A DNA stretch of 54,272 bases, the filler included, from Sphacelaria rigidula (taxonomy: Eukaryota): the NCBI GenBank assembly GCA_964200075.2. It is 5 parts of 5 records of this genome, joined end to end, with 100 filler letters (N's around TTAATTAATTAA, not from the genome) between each part and the next. Parts side by side here need not be neighbours in the genome. Positions count along the whole stretch, not along the records: positions 1 to 10,775 come from CAXNAA020005935.1; 4 more parts are not named here. The stretch is one strand, 5' to 3'. Shown here one piece after another: positions 1 through 10,875 of the stretch. Under the pieces are notes generated by a model. It did not search any database, was not told where the DNA came from, and saw nothing but the letters and a program-made list of their open reading frames with translations. The translations under genes were made by a program, and so were the position numbers. Numbering within the stretch: the stretch's first letter is position 1; each line of letters begins with the position of its first letter.

Positions 1-102
1 AGCTCGACTCTGTACACGAGTCACCCTACCCATCCGGGCGTCGGTCCTCAGGCGTTGCCACTGTTGTGAAACGCAAACCGCTTCAGGCTTCTACCGCCAT
101 TA

Positions 103-2184
103 TTGACTCAACGCGCTCGCGGTGTTGATGGGCGGCATCCGCCCATGCCTTCCGACGTTTTCGGTACGTCGCACAAGGATTCCGATGCCTTACAACGCCC
201 GCGACGATACGACATGTATCGTGAGGACATTTCTGTTCACCAGCCCTCGCAGCGAACATCCTCCTCGTGTCTTGGCCGCTCCGAAGAGCCTTCCACAGGG
301 TACTTGCCTTTAGTAACGGCTCTTGAGCACTTGCTTCGTTCATCACCAGTTGTCATTTCTGACGGTCCGGCGACAACTGCCCTTTCACAAGCGCTTGCGG
401 CCGCGTTTCACACAGCCGTTCAATATTCAACGTCCTCAGATCATGTCCACTTTGACAGGAATGTGGATCATCAGGCCTCTGTACCAGCGGCTGCAGCCCA
501 TGATGACGAACGTTCAACCTCAGACGTTCCCTTTGATTTGGATATGGATGATGATACCATTGTCCACCATGGTGATCATACTACTCATGTTCATGATGTA
601 CATGCATTGTTATCGGGATTATCATCGACCATGGGATCCTCACGACCTAAATCTGTCGATCGGGCCCATGTGAGTTCACGAGTGCCCATAGATGCCTCGT
701 TGGTTGACATTCCCGCATCTTTGCGAAACGGGCGCAGCACTAACCGTGCCCTTCCGCCCTACCCTGATGCTGCAACTGTACGTGCGGTGGAACGACAAAT
801 TGCAGATCTTCGTCGATACCTGCGATCTGCTTCAACAATGGCTCACACCCAGTCATCTTTCACCACCGCCCCTATCGCGGCCACTCCAGCTCCTGCGGCT
901 GCAGACATCGACACAGATGCAGAAAGCACCCGTGTCACGCCCCCCGCCCCCAGCGCGGCGGCCACGGATGACATCCCCATCACGGCCACTGATGAGGAAT
1001 CGGCCACTTCGCCGCAGGCTTCTACTGCCACGGGCTCGGCTCCGACGCCTGCCCCCGGGTCTATCACGGACGACCGCTCCCTGTTGGGCGTCGAGCATTG
1101 CCCGGCGGGCCTCCTGCCCCGGCTCTGGTTACGAGGTCTCCGCTCCGATCACGAGCAAATCCTCGACGATTATCGTGTCATGCACCCGGCCACGCACCCT
1201 GCACCACCTTCGCCCCGCCAAACGGCGGACGGCGCTGCTCACCGTCTCCTTCATGACGACCTCACGGCACGTCTAACGCGCCAACGCCAGGCAGTCGACT
1301 CGGCGATCAGCCGCCAGCGGGCGGCTCAACAGACTTTGACTGCACGCCTCGCAGCGTTCGACAAGATACGCGAATCCATTCACCGAAATGAAGACCGCCT
1401 GCGCCAATACACCGCGGCCACGGCCAACACCACCTCGGCCCTCCGATCCTTGGAAAAGGAGCGACACCTTCCTCTTCTGAGGACAACGCCGACTGCGTCA
1501 GCGCCTGCGCCTACCCCTGCACATTCAGGCTCTGCGGAGAACCATCGGCCCTTGCGCCCATACGCTGTGGCTGCAGCTCCTACCGCCTCGCCTGCGCGCA
1601 CCCCGCCATCGCCAGCGCAGGACCTTCAGCCCTCGGCGACCCCTGTCCTCACACCTTGGCTCCGCCTTCAGGGCAGCGAACGGCCTTGGCTTTCTTGGAT
1701 GCTATGCCAACTTTCGGGAAAGTACAACCGCAAGAACCTTCTCCGCGCCTCCGAGGAGGCTTGGCGCTCGCTAACTCTGTCGATCAACAGCGTGATCGTA
1801 CCCTTCCTTCAGCAAGGGGGCCAACTGCCTAACAACGACCCGGGCACTCTCACTGTCAAACGCCTTGTACTGTACCTAACGATCGGTACCGGGGACAGTC
1901 GCCCCGCTTATGAGACCGCCGTCGCCGCCCTCTTCGCTGCTATGCGGGCAGCCCACAACACGCTGCCGCCCGAAGATGATGGGGCCTGGATCACACCCCA
2001 CCCCCTCGCCACCGTCGTGATGGCGACGACTTCGACGACGACCAACCCGGTGCCGCACAGCGCCGCGGTCAGGGCACCACCCGTCACCACAGCAATGATC
2101 GCCGCACAACCCGGGGCACCCATAAACGCTCCGGCAACCAATCTTCAAGCTCGTCTACGACCAGACACCGTCAGTACACCTTGA
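103..2184 (+). CDS. Gypsy ORF1 / N-terminal extension of Gag (693 open codons, first ATG at 145); Pro/Ala/Thr-rich with predicted coiled coils
   Basis: Long uninterrupted ORF directly upstream of and overlapping the gag fragments. It has a helical heptad-like segment (LTARLTRQRQAVDSAISRQRAAQQTLTARLAAFDKIRE) and a Trp-containing, globular-looking segment at about 1650-1990. No family recognised. Confidence 0.6.
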   Translation: MTQRARGVDGRHPPMPSDVFGTSHKDSDALQRPRRYDMYREDISVHQPSQRTSSSCLGRSEEPSTGYLPLVTALEHLLRSSPVVISDGPATTALSQALAAAFHTAVQYSTSSDHVHFDRNVDHQASVPAAAAHDDERSTSDVPFDLDMDDDTIVHHGDHTTHVHDVHALLSGLSSTMGSSRPKSVDRAHVSSRVPIDASLVDIPASLRNGRSTNRALPPYPDAATVRAVERQIADLRRYLRSASTMAHTQSSFTTAPIAATPAPAAADIDTDAESTRVTPPAPSAAATDDIPITATDEESATSPQASTATGSAPTPAPGSITDDRSLLGVEHCPAGLLPRLWLRGLRSDHEQILDDYRVMHPATHPAPPSPRQTADGAAHRLLHDDLTARLTRQRQAVDSAISRQRAAQQTLTARLAAFDKIRESIHRNEDRLRQYTAATANTTSALRSLEKERHLPLLRTTPTASAPAPTPAHSGSAENHRPLRPYAVAAAPTASPARTPPSPAQDLQPSATPVLTPWLRLQGSERPWLSWMLCQLSGKYNRKNLLRASEEAWRSLTLSINSVIVPFLQQGGQLPNNDPGTLTVKRLVLYLTIGTGDSRPAYETAVAALFAAMRAAHNTLPPEDDGAWITPHPLATVVMATTSTTTNPVPHSAAVRAPPVTTAMIAAQPGAPINAPATNLQARLRPDTVSTP

Positions 2185-3730
2185 CGCGATCCATGCGGCC
2201 CTCACCGGCCGTCAGGCAAGTAGCGGCTGCGTCTGCTCGCCTTTCAGGTCTCACGGATGGTGATAGTGACAATTCGGCTCGTCCATTGTCTTCAAACTCG
2301 GCTCGGTCACTCGCTGCCGCTCATAAAGTCGCTTCCGATACTCGTAGAGAAGCGTCTCGTGTCGCTGCAATCAAGCATGAGTACTTACAGATGGATGTAA
2401 AGAAACTCTGGCATATCAAAACCATGCCTGCTGCAGACAATGAGGACTCTGGTCAGTTTACTTCCGCTCTCATTTCCTCAATGCGTCGAACGATGCGCAA
2501 CATCCTTGAGGTTGGCCGATGCAACTGGTCAGAAACGTTTCGAAGACTCTGACTGGATTGATGGATAGCAAACACCGCTGCATAAGGCTTTGCACCCCTT
2601 AATCAGCCGTCGCTCCCCTGACGTTGTTGCTTCCTTAACGCAGATTCTCGACTCCTTCTTCGCCGCCATGGATCAAGATTGTGTCGGCGGGCAAACAGCG
2701 CCGCTATTATTCGGCAATTTGAAAAGGCGCATCATAAGTTATTTTGATAAATCTGAGCAAGCAGGCGCCATCGAGCGCCTCAGTTCCTTCGCCGTGGCGA
2801 CAGACGTGCCCTTTGCTGACTACCTACGCGAATTCAAGCTTTCGGTGTCGAGTGTAACTGGTACTGACCGACAGAATGGCCCTAGTGATGCTATGTGTCA
2901 GACGTATGTTCGCAATAGCATCGCTCAGCAATTTCCGATGCTGATGCAGCCTCTATTTCGGGGCGCTTTGGAGCACAAAGAGGTGCCTTACGCCTCCGGA
3001 GACGCGATGTGGAATGCGTTTGTAGATCAAGAACATAATTTAACGCCTGCCATTCGTGGCACACAGTGTTCTTCTGGGTCTTCGCAGACCTTGCGTGCCG
3101 CATTCATGAGTACCCCCGGGTCTCGTGCACACCCTCAGGCTTTGTCCAGTAATACTTGGACACCCAACTCTGTCGGTCATGTCTGTTCGTAGCAAAGAAG
3201 ACCCGTTCCGTGCAAGCTTCGACGCTTTTTTCGGCAGACACTTGTGATGACGTTTATGTCGTTTCCACAACTGCTTTCATCACTGATGACCCACATTTGT
3301 GGATCACCTTGCTTTCGCCTTCGGCTCGCAAGGATGCTTTTCGTCGCCGTGCTAACACATGCATCAACTGCAATGGTACTGGCCACAGTATGCGTGACTG
3401 CCCTGAACCTTGCATCAATATTTTTCGCTCATGAACCCTGAACTTCAGAGCAACAGGCAGGCGTGGCGCCGATGGCAAAAACGCATGCGCGAGTATACTC
3501 CACCTTCTCGCCACCATCGCCAGCCTTACCACAATCATAGCGACTCTCGCTCAAGTCGCGACCGCCGCCACACCACCAACACCGTCTCAGGTAGTCGTCA
3601 TAGAGATGGTTCTTTCCGCTCTTCTCAGTCTTTGCATGGTCATCACCAGCGAACGGGGCCGACTCACGACAACTCCAACCTCAATGCCAGAAACCCTGGT
3701 TCTTTCATGACGGATCGCATCGATCCATGA
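2181..3730 (+). pseudogene. gag: Gypsy gag (capsid-like region plus nucleocapsid zinc knuckle), frameshifted
   Basis: Fragments 2181-2552, 2590-3192, 3156-3434 and 3410-3730 lie in shifting frames. CX2CX4HX4C knuckle CINCNGTGHSMRDC at 3360-3401. MHR-like segment VPFADYLREFKL. Confidence 0.8.
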
Positions 3731-4447
3731 CATGCCGACGACGGTGTGAAGTCTTCGGCGCCGCCGATAGCAACATCATAGACTCATCCAACACACACTC
3801 GGGTGACAAAACGTTCTCACCCAACACTATGTAAGAGATCTGATGACGACCGTTCTTCTCGACCCTCGTCTTTATCTTCATACACACAGCGTAACCGTTG
3901 TGTTGACTCACAACCCAGCTCTATGCTTGGCTCCAGAATTGGTTCTCCGGAACAAAGTATAAATCTGAGGTGTGGGAAGACCGACCGCGGACCCTTTAGG
4001 CACAGGCTTCCTTCAACGACCGCACGCACCGGTTGCAACAGACTTCCTTCAACTGGTTCTGGTGTTGATTGTCCGAAACTGACCACTTCAAACCCTTCGA
4101 CTCCTACCCAGCCTGATCGTAGTCGTTTTTCGCGACACTCTTCTTCCGCGAAACTACCCCGACATACAGTGGACAACACTCGTCCCCTTTCACATTTAGC
4201 AGTGCCCTTTGTACCGAGCTTGCCAGCAGGCAGTTCACACGTTTCGGCCGAGCATGTCCCGATGCTGACAAGATCGCCTCAACTGGACGCAGTTGCAGTT
4301 TCCCGAGAAGTCTTGGAAGTTCCCAGCCATTTGTGACGGCACGAGAGGAAGCCTCGTCGTCATGCCCCCAAGGAAGCGCGAGCATTGACACGCCCCCCTC
4401 CCGTCAGCGGAAAATTGTGACCTCATTTTCCCCAAAAAGCGGCGACT

Positions 4448-7400
4448 TTGAGCTCGATGACATTGCCAGGCATCCCAGAGGAATCCAAATCGGATCCTTC
4501 AGACGGTACCGCATCCTCCACCGATGACCCCCGTCGCACTCCGCAGCATTTTATTTTTAATGATGACCCTTGTACTTCCAAGCCAGTCATCTACGAGATT
4601 GATCAAAATCCTGATTCACGCTGCCCTTCACAATCGAATCAGACCCTCGCGCTGTCTACCGATACCTTCGAACCCCCCGCGGATCACCCGCCATCCGTTT
4701 TCACAGTCAGTCCGACTAATCCTGACCAATTCACGTTATCTGAACATGGGCCTGACCTTGTTGATAGTAAGGTGTCCGTTGATCCTGCCACCTTCACTAC
4801 CCGCGTAGCATGACACTGCGGCCCTTACGCCACCGCGCGCGCCAAGTGCGTCTCATTGTTAGACAGCGGTAGTTCACAAACATTCATCAAAGAATCCATG
4901 TGGAATCGCATGAAGCAGACTAGCGCTGCTTCCGATGTCTGCGAAATCACCACCCCATCTCGCGTTTGGGGCGGTTTCGGCGACTCAAATTCACCCTTGA
5001 CAACACGAAAATCTGTTCGTGTTAGTGTGCATCTTTTCCACCACGATACACGCTCGGCTAGTCTCGCAGTTTAGGCTTACATCGTCCCGGGTAGCACCAT
5101 GCACCATACTCTCCTTCTTGGCAGAGATAGCTACATGCGGTTCGACCAACGCTCATACCGCACCCTCCCACCATTATTGCCTGAGCCGGCGCCTCGTGGA
5201 GGACTCCAATTAGAACACTTTCGTACCCTCAATGGTGCCTTAGCCTACAAAAAGAATGAGCAGGCTACCGGAGCTGCTTACCATCTTCGGTACAATGGCA
5301 GTTTTGGCGTCACCCTTTCCGACGAGCCTCAACTCTTGGAAGTTTTGCTTGTTCGCCGCAACGGTATGCTTGCCCTCACCGGCCACTACCTTGCGGAATT
5401 GCTGCCTAAAGTTGGCGCGCCCACTGGCACTGAGCATTTTGTCTCGGACGGCGAACAACTCCTGCCTCTCACAGGCCGTGCTAATTTGGAACCTGGCGAT
5501 GTCTTGGGCATCGCCGCGGCTCCTCTTATGCACATTCCTCTGGAAACCTGAGTAGCCGACCCTCCGGTGCCTGATCTCACGCCGCCGACTGATGGTTTTG
5601 TTCACTGCGTCGATGAGCCATACTTCAATCTACCCTCCTCACCCCCGACTCGGATTTCTGCGGTGGAATCCACCCAACCCCCTGCCGAACCTCGTGATGA
5701 AGTGCTTCAACGCTTATCGGTCGATTCTCGGGAACATTTCCTGCAAATGTGGCACCAACTTCCACCTCATTTGCGTGATGTCCACTTTGACCTACATGGT
5801 CCGGGCTAGGAGCTCGCCGTCATCCAAGAGCTACAGAATGTTCTCCTGGAATCTCAGGACAGATTTTCCCGATCCAAGACGGATCTCGGGCATTCTAAAA
5901 CATTGCCATTCGAGATAACACTGCAACTTGGCGTTTCGCCAATCTCATCTCGACCATATCGAACGAATCCCGTCCTCACCAAAAACGGCAATGCTATTTT
6001 GGATGCATACTTAGGAGCTGGTCTGATTCAACACTCGATTTTGCCATGGGCCTCACCCCTCGTGGTTGTCCCCCGAACAGATGGCAACATACGCATCACC
6101 GTGAATTACAAACGGCTGAATCGCGTCACTGTCGTGGGAAAACTCCCCGTACCTCGCATCGACGAAGTCTTCGACTCTCTCGGCGAAGGAAAAATATTCA
6201 GCACTTTCGATCTGGCCTCTGGATTTTTCCAAAATGCAATTCACCCCGGTACAGTTCCCTTGACAGCGTCCTGTACATCTTCAGGGCTTTATGAATAGCT
6301 TCGTATGCCACAAGGCGCTGCCACCGCACCTGGCTACTTTCAACGCCTCATGTAACTCGTTACTAAAGGTCTCCAGCACGTCATCATTTATCTAGACGAT
6401 GCTATCGCTCTTGATGCCTCCCTCAAGGCGCATGTTCGCACTCTACGAGAATTCCTCTCCCGCTTGCGTACACACGACTTAATACTGTCTCCATACAAAG
6501 CTCGACTCGGAGCCACTGAATGAATTAATGGGTTTTTTGGGACACTCTATTTCTCCTGCTGGATTGCACCCAGACACGAACAAAGTCAAGGCTATGCCTG
6601 ATATGCCCGTGCCCACCACTATTTCGCAGCTTCGCTCGCTGTTTGGCGGACTTTCATATTATCGCAAATTTTTGCCCATTTTGTCCAAGCGGATCCGGCC
6701 CATCACAGATTTACTAAAGAAAAACGTCCCGTTTGTCTTCACTGCAGAAACGGAAGCCACCGTCCGCAAACTGCTCAAAATACTTACCGAAAAACCGATT
6801 CTTTGTTTTCCGGATTGGGACGCGGTACTAGACGGCTCACGTCTTTTCCGACTACACACTGATGCTAGCACAGATGGGTTCGGCGCCGTTTTGAATCAGT
6901 CTCAACTGGATGTCTCTGTCCGACCTATTTTGTACATCAGCCGCGCAACCCTCCCAAATGAGGCAAACTGGAGTCCACTCGAACTCGAAGGCGGAGTCAT
7001 AACTTGGGCAATTAAAAGGCTTCGACAGTACTTGTTCCACGTGCCTTTCCACATCTATACAGATCACGGAGCTCATGAACAACTCGCTAAGGTTGGAGAA
7101 CATAACCCCCGCGTACAACGGTGGCTGGAGTTTTTGACTGCTTACCAGTACACTGTTAGACACCGTCCGGGCAAATCCAACGGCAATGCTCACCTTCTTT
7201 CGCGATTGCCTCTGCCCCCTACAGCGGTAGATTTCAGTCCCGCTTGCCGCTCGACTGAACCTGACGAACCAGGCGTCTACCCCATCCGGCGTTTTTATAT
7301 GCCCATCTACGCGCTTGACCTGCAATGCCCTGAAACAGGTCTGCACATGGGGGGGGGGCGCCCTCTGCCCCCTGATACAGTATTGGATGGCTTGGCGCCC

Positions 7401-10049
7401 ATAGCTACTGATTTTGCCGACTTCCGCACTTTCGGCCCTCGCGCGAACATCTCGGCGCTGCCACCACAAACTGTTCACCTCATCTCCGACAACACGCGCT
7501 CTCGGTCGGCAGCTCGTGCCAATTCTTCGCGTGCTGTGATGCCACCACCGCCGCCGGCCGCGCGTAGCAATGCGTCGCCGCCGCCGCCTCGTGCTCCCAC
7601 GGGCCGTACCACGCCTACAAAAACCGGCCGCGTGCCCAGTGTTGTACCAACACCGCCCGCGCCCCTTGTGTGCCCAACGCGCCGATCGTGTTCACCAGTT
7701 CGCGCTACCCCCATGCCGCCTTCTGGCACTCTCCCAGCACCTGCGCAACTGACTCGCGATACACATGCGTCAGATCCGCTCCCAGATCAAGATGTTGACG
7801 TCGGCACCCCTGGTTCTTCACCTGTGCCACCCCCTCCTGAGCCATCATGTGTGGTTGCCTCTCCGGCTGAAGGACAACTTCGAGAATTTCTCGCTACCTA
7901 TTCTCACCGCGATTGGGCTCGCAACCAACAACAGGAACCGCTCTGTCGTGCGACAATGCGGCACTTACGGCTTAACTGCCCCACCCCTTTCCCGGCCGAG
8001 ATCCTGACTCCCGTGGGCACTCTACCCGCGCCCACCGCCTTTGACGTGCTCGAGCTGGCACGCAAAGGTATTATCTTCACGGCTGACGACGACGTTCATT
8101 TGCTTGTTCGCCGATTCCACTGACATTTGAGCACGGCTGCCGCAGTAACAACTGCCACTTCGGCACATATGCGTCATGATGCGTCCGTGGGTCATTCTGA
8201 TTTGTCCTGCCATATAAGCGTCACGCGCACGTTAGCGCTCCTTGAACGCTTTTATTGGTGGATCGGCATGGAAGCATTCACGCGTTTTTGGATCCGACGA
8301 TGTTTCAAATGTCAGGCTCGCAAAACCTCTCGACAGACTGTGCGATGGCTGGTGATTTTCATGGAGCTTCCAAACGCTTCTGGTCACTTCGTATCGTTTG
8401 ACAACTTCGGCCCTTTACCCCCAACTGACCGTGGTAATACCTATATTCTACTTTTCACAGACCGCTTCAGCCGTCACGCGGCTATGTATGCTGTTACTGC
8501 TAGCGATTTCACTGCTGCCGGCACAGCAGACATTCTCGTCCATGACTACATTAAGCACTATGGCTGCCCGAAACAGCTCCTCTTCGACAATGGTCAACAA
8601 TTTTGCTCCGACCTCTCGGATGCTTTGTAAAAGCTCCTCGGCATTCGCAAAATTGCCACGAGCGCTTACCACCCTAGCGGTAACGGTGGAACTGAACGTG
8701 TGAACCACACCATGGCTCAAATGCTTTCCATGGTCGTAAACGACCGCCAGAATGACTGGGACCTTCATCTTTCGCATGTCATGCTGTCTTACAACAGTTC
8801 GGTTAACGCGTCTACGGGCCTCTCGCCCAACGAGCTACATCTTGAACGCTACCCTCGTCTGCCCATCACCGTTTTCGAAGGACATACCTTCGATGGTCAC
8901 CAAGGTCTGGACCAGGATCAGCTGTCCTACCACGACCTCGCCCGGGCTCGTCAGCGCAAGGCTTTCACTTTTGTGCGCGAACAACACGCTATCAACGCCT
9001 CAAGATCCAATGCCGCCCTTTACAATTTGATGCACAAACGTCCTACTTGGAAGATCGGCGATTGGGTCTGGATCTACAATAGTTTGTCCACCATCCGTCA
9101 AGGCGCTGACCGTGCTGCCCAGGCAGCAGCCTTGAAGACGAAACTGTCCCTCGATTGGACGGATCCGTTCAAGATTCTCATAGTCGGACCCTCGCCGACA
9201 TCTCCTGACGGCAAGCCCGTTGGCGACAAACTCCTCTACCTCTATTTACCTCGTGACCTCCAGGGGCACGACGCTAAACCTCGCGTCTCTGTGCATCGTT
9301 GCAAGCCTTGCACGAACCCGCATGACACTACGGACATGCCTCAATACCTACCTACAGGTCTCACTCAATACGTGCTCAACAGCCACTCAACAAAATCTCC
9401 ACCGTACCACGTTACCATCGATGACGTGACTGAACAACCTCTCCGCTTGGCCGTGTCCCACATTTCCGGCCACCAAATCACTCGAGGCCCTGGCGGCAAA
9501 ATTGCAGTTATGTACAAGACACACTGACAAGGTCTTCAGCGTGCGTCTTGGGAACGCGAGTCCGACCTTCAACTGCACCGTCGTGCTATCCTTCTCTCTT
9601 GGACACAATCCCCACAGCAAGAGCTCGCTGACAACAAGGGATATCGCAACATGAGACGCGGCGCCGCAGCCCGCGAACTCCATCGCGACAAAGGACTACG
9701 TTTTGTAGCCGATGATTACGAACTCGTACCCACCAAACAATGGGACGAAAAGATTCGCGCAAAACAACAACCGCTCCCTAAAGGTGCCTACTTGTGGTAT
9801 AAGGGCAGCGATTACCTCTGGTGGCTAGGTCAGATCCACTGCGTCGATGCCCCCGCGGCCGACACGTACATCGTGCGTTTCCTCGACGATCCTGGGCCCG
9901 TTCAGCTCAAGCTTCGCCCCGATTTTTACACGACCAGCCCTTCCGCACCCCGCGGCTCCTGGTGCCTACAGCGCTTCAAGTCACACGACCTACGCCGAGG
10001 TCTTCAGCGCAACATCGATCGTAGACATGACATCAATGCACCATCTTGA
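4448..10049 (+). pseudogene. pol: Gypsy pol (protease-RT-RNase H-integrase-chromodomain-PWWP/Tudor-like), disrupted
   Basis: Protease DSG at about 4862, RT about 5900-6520 (YLDD about 6389), RNase H about 6850-7210, integrase about 8170-8900 (SFDNFGP, FDNGQQF, GTERVN). In-frame stops at 4811, 5072, 5549, 5807, 6296, 6353, 8121, 8628 and 9525, plus one frameshift near 6520. Confidence 0.95.
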
Positions 10050-10639
10050 GTCCTATCTCTCCGCACTCTCTTTATCGCGATTTTTATCTCCCCTCCCAGT
10101 TTGGTTCTGGTACTTCCCCTGTTCCCACTCAGGTACGCTCTCCTCTTCACTGCTTCACCTACGATGGCTCTCCGATCGCGGCTCGTCTCTACCCTCATCA
10201 GCCCCTTCGACGACTTCCTCTGGATCCCCTTCGCCCCCTTCCATTGGCCCCTGCGCTGCCGCCACTTTGTCTGGCTGGTACTCGACCCTATCCGGGTTCT
10301 TGAGTTTTTGTTTTCCTGCTTGAGATTGCCGCTGTGTACCTTGCGATATTTTCTTTTGCTTTGATCTAGATAGCGCGTCAAAGCATTGTGTGCTTTTTCC
10401 GTCTGTTCGCTAGCTCGCAGCAGCATTGTGTGCTACTGCGCAGTCAACCGCAATTGCGTAATTGCGCTTTTTGAGCCACCTTTGGTTTTTCTTGTTTGAG
10501 TTGTGGGAGGATCGGGCACCGGGTTGATCATTACCCTCTTGTTTGTTTTCGCGTTGTCTCCTCATGACTTGACGGGTGAGACAAGCCTCAATTTTACTTG
10601 CTCTTGAGATTTCATCGCAACTCAAATAGAGGTTCGTCT

Positions 10640-10775
10640 GGGTGGGTGAGTGTCATGAGGAAGCAAGATAGACAGGCGTTATTTGAGCCCACAGACAACT
10701 TTGGGGCAGGTTGGCTCACAGATCACTCGATCCATCCATAGGAATGCTCCCATAGTTCTGGGGAAGGTTGATGTA
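10640..10775 (+). repeat. Polypurine tract (10640-10650) and start of the Gypsy 3' LTR (TGTCATGAGG from 10651)
   Basis: GGGTGGGTGAG is immediately followed by TG, about 600 bp after the pol stop. No second LTR copy is available in the window to confirm. Confidence 0.65.
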
Positions 10776-10875
10776 NNNNNNNNNNNNNNNNNNNNNNNNN
10801 NNNNNNNNNNNNNNNNNNNTTAATTAATTAANNNNNNNNNNNNNNNNNNNNNNNNNNNNNNNNNNNNNNNNNNNN
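10776..10875. other. Artificial linker (N44-TTAATTAATTAA-N44)
   Basis: 100 nt with a core giving stops in all six frames; identical to the three other linkers. Confidence 0.98.

Larger units (their letters stand above)
1..10775 (+). mobile_element. Ty3/Gypsy LTR retrotransposon (chromovirus-like), degenerate; 5' LTR outside the block and 3' LTR cut by the linker
   Basis: Domain order is Gag CCHC knuckle, protease (LLDSGS), RT (WASPLVVVP, DLASGFFQ, MPQG, IYLDD), RNase H (LHTDAS), integrase (HHCC, DDE), GPY/F, chromodomain. This is the Gypsy order. A purine-rich tract followed by TGTCA lies at 10640-10655. Confidence 0.96.

Noticed and set aside
4811-9527. Stop-codon recoding or targeted G-to-A hypermutation in Gypsy pol
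   Set aside because: Some stops fall at likely Trp sites (6296, 9525), but TGG, CAA and CGA are the codons most easily converted by ordinary transitions. Frameshifts are also present, and host genes here use TGA and TAG as normal stops.
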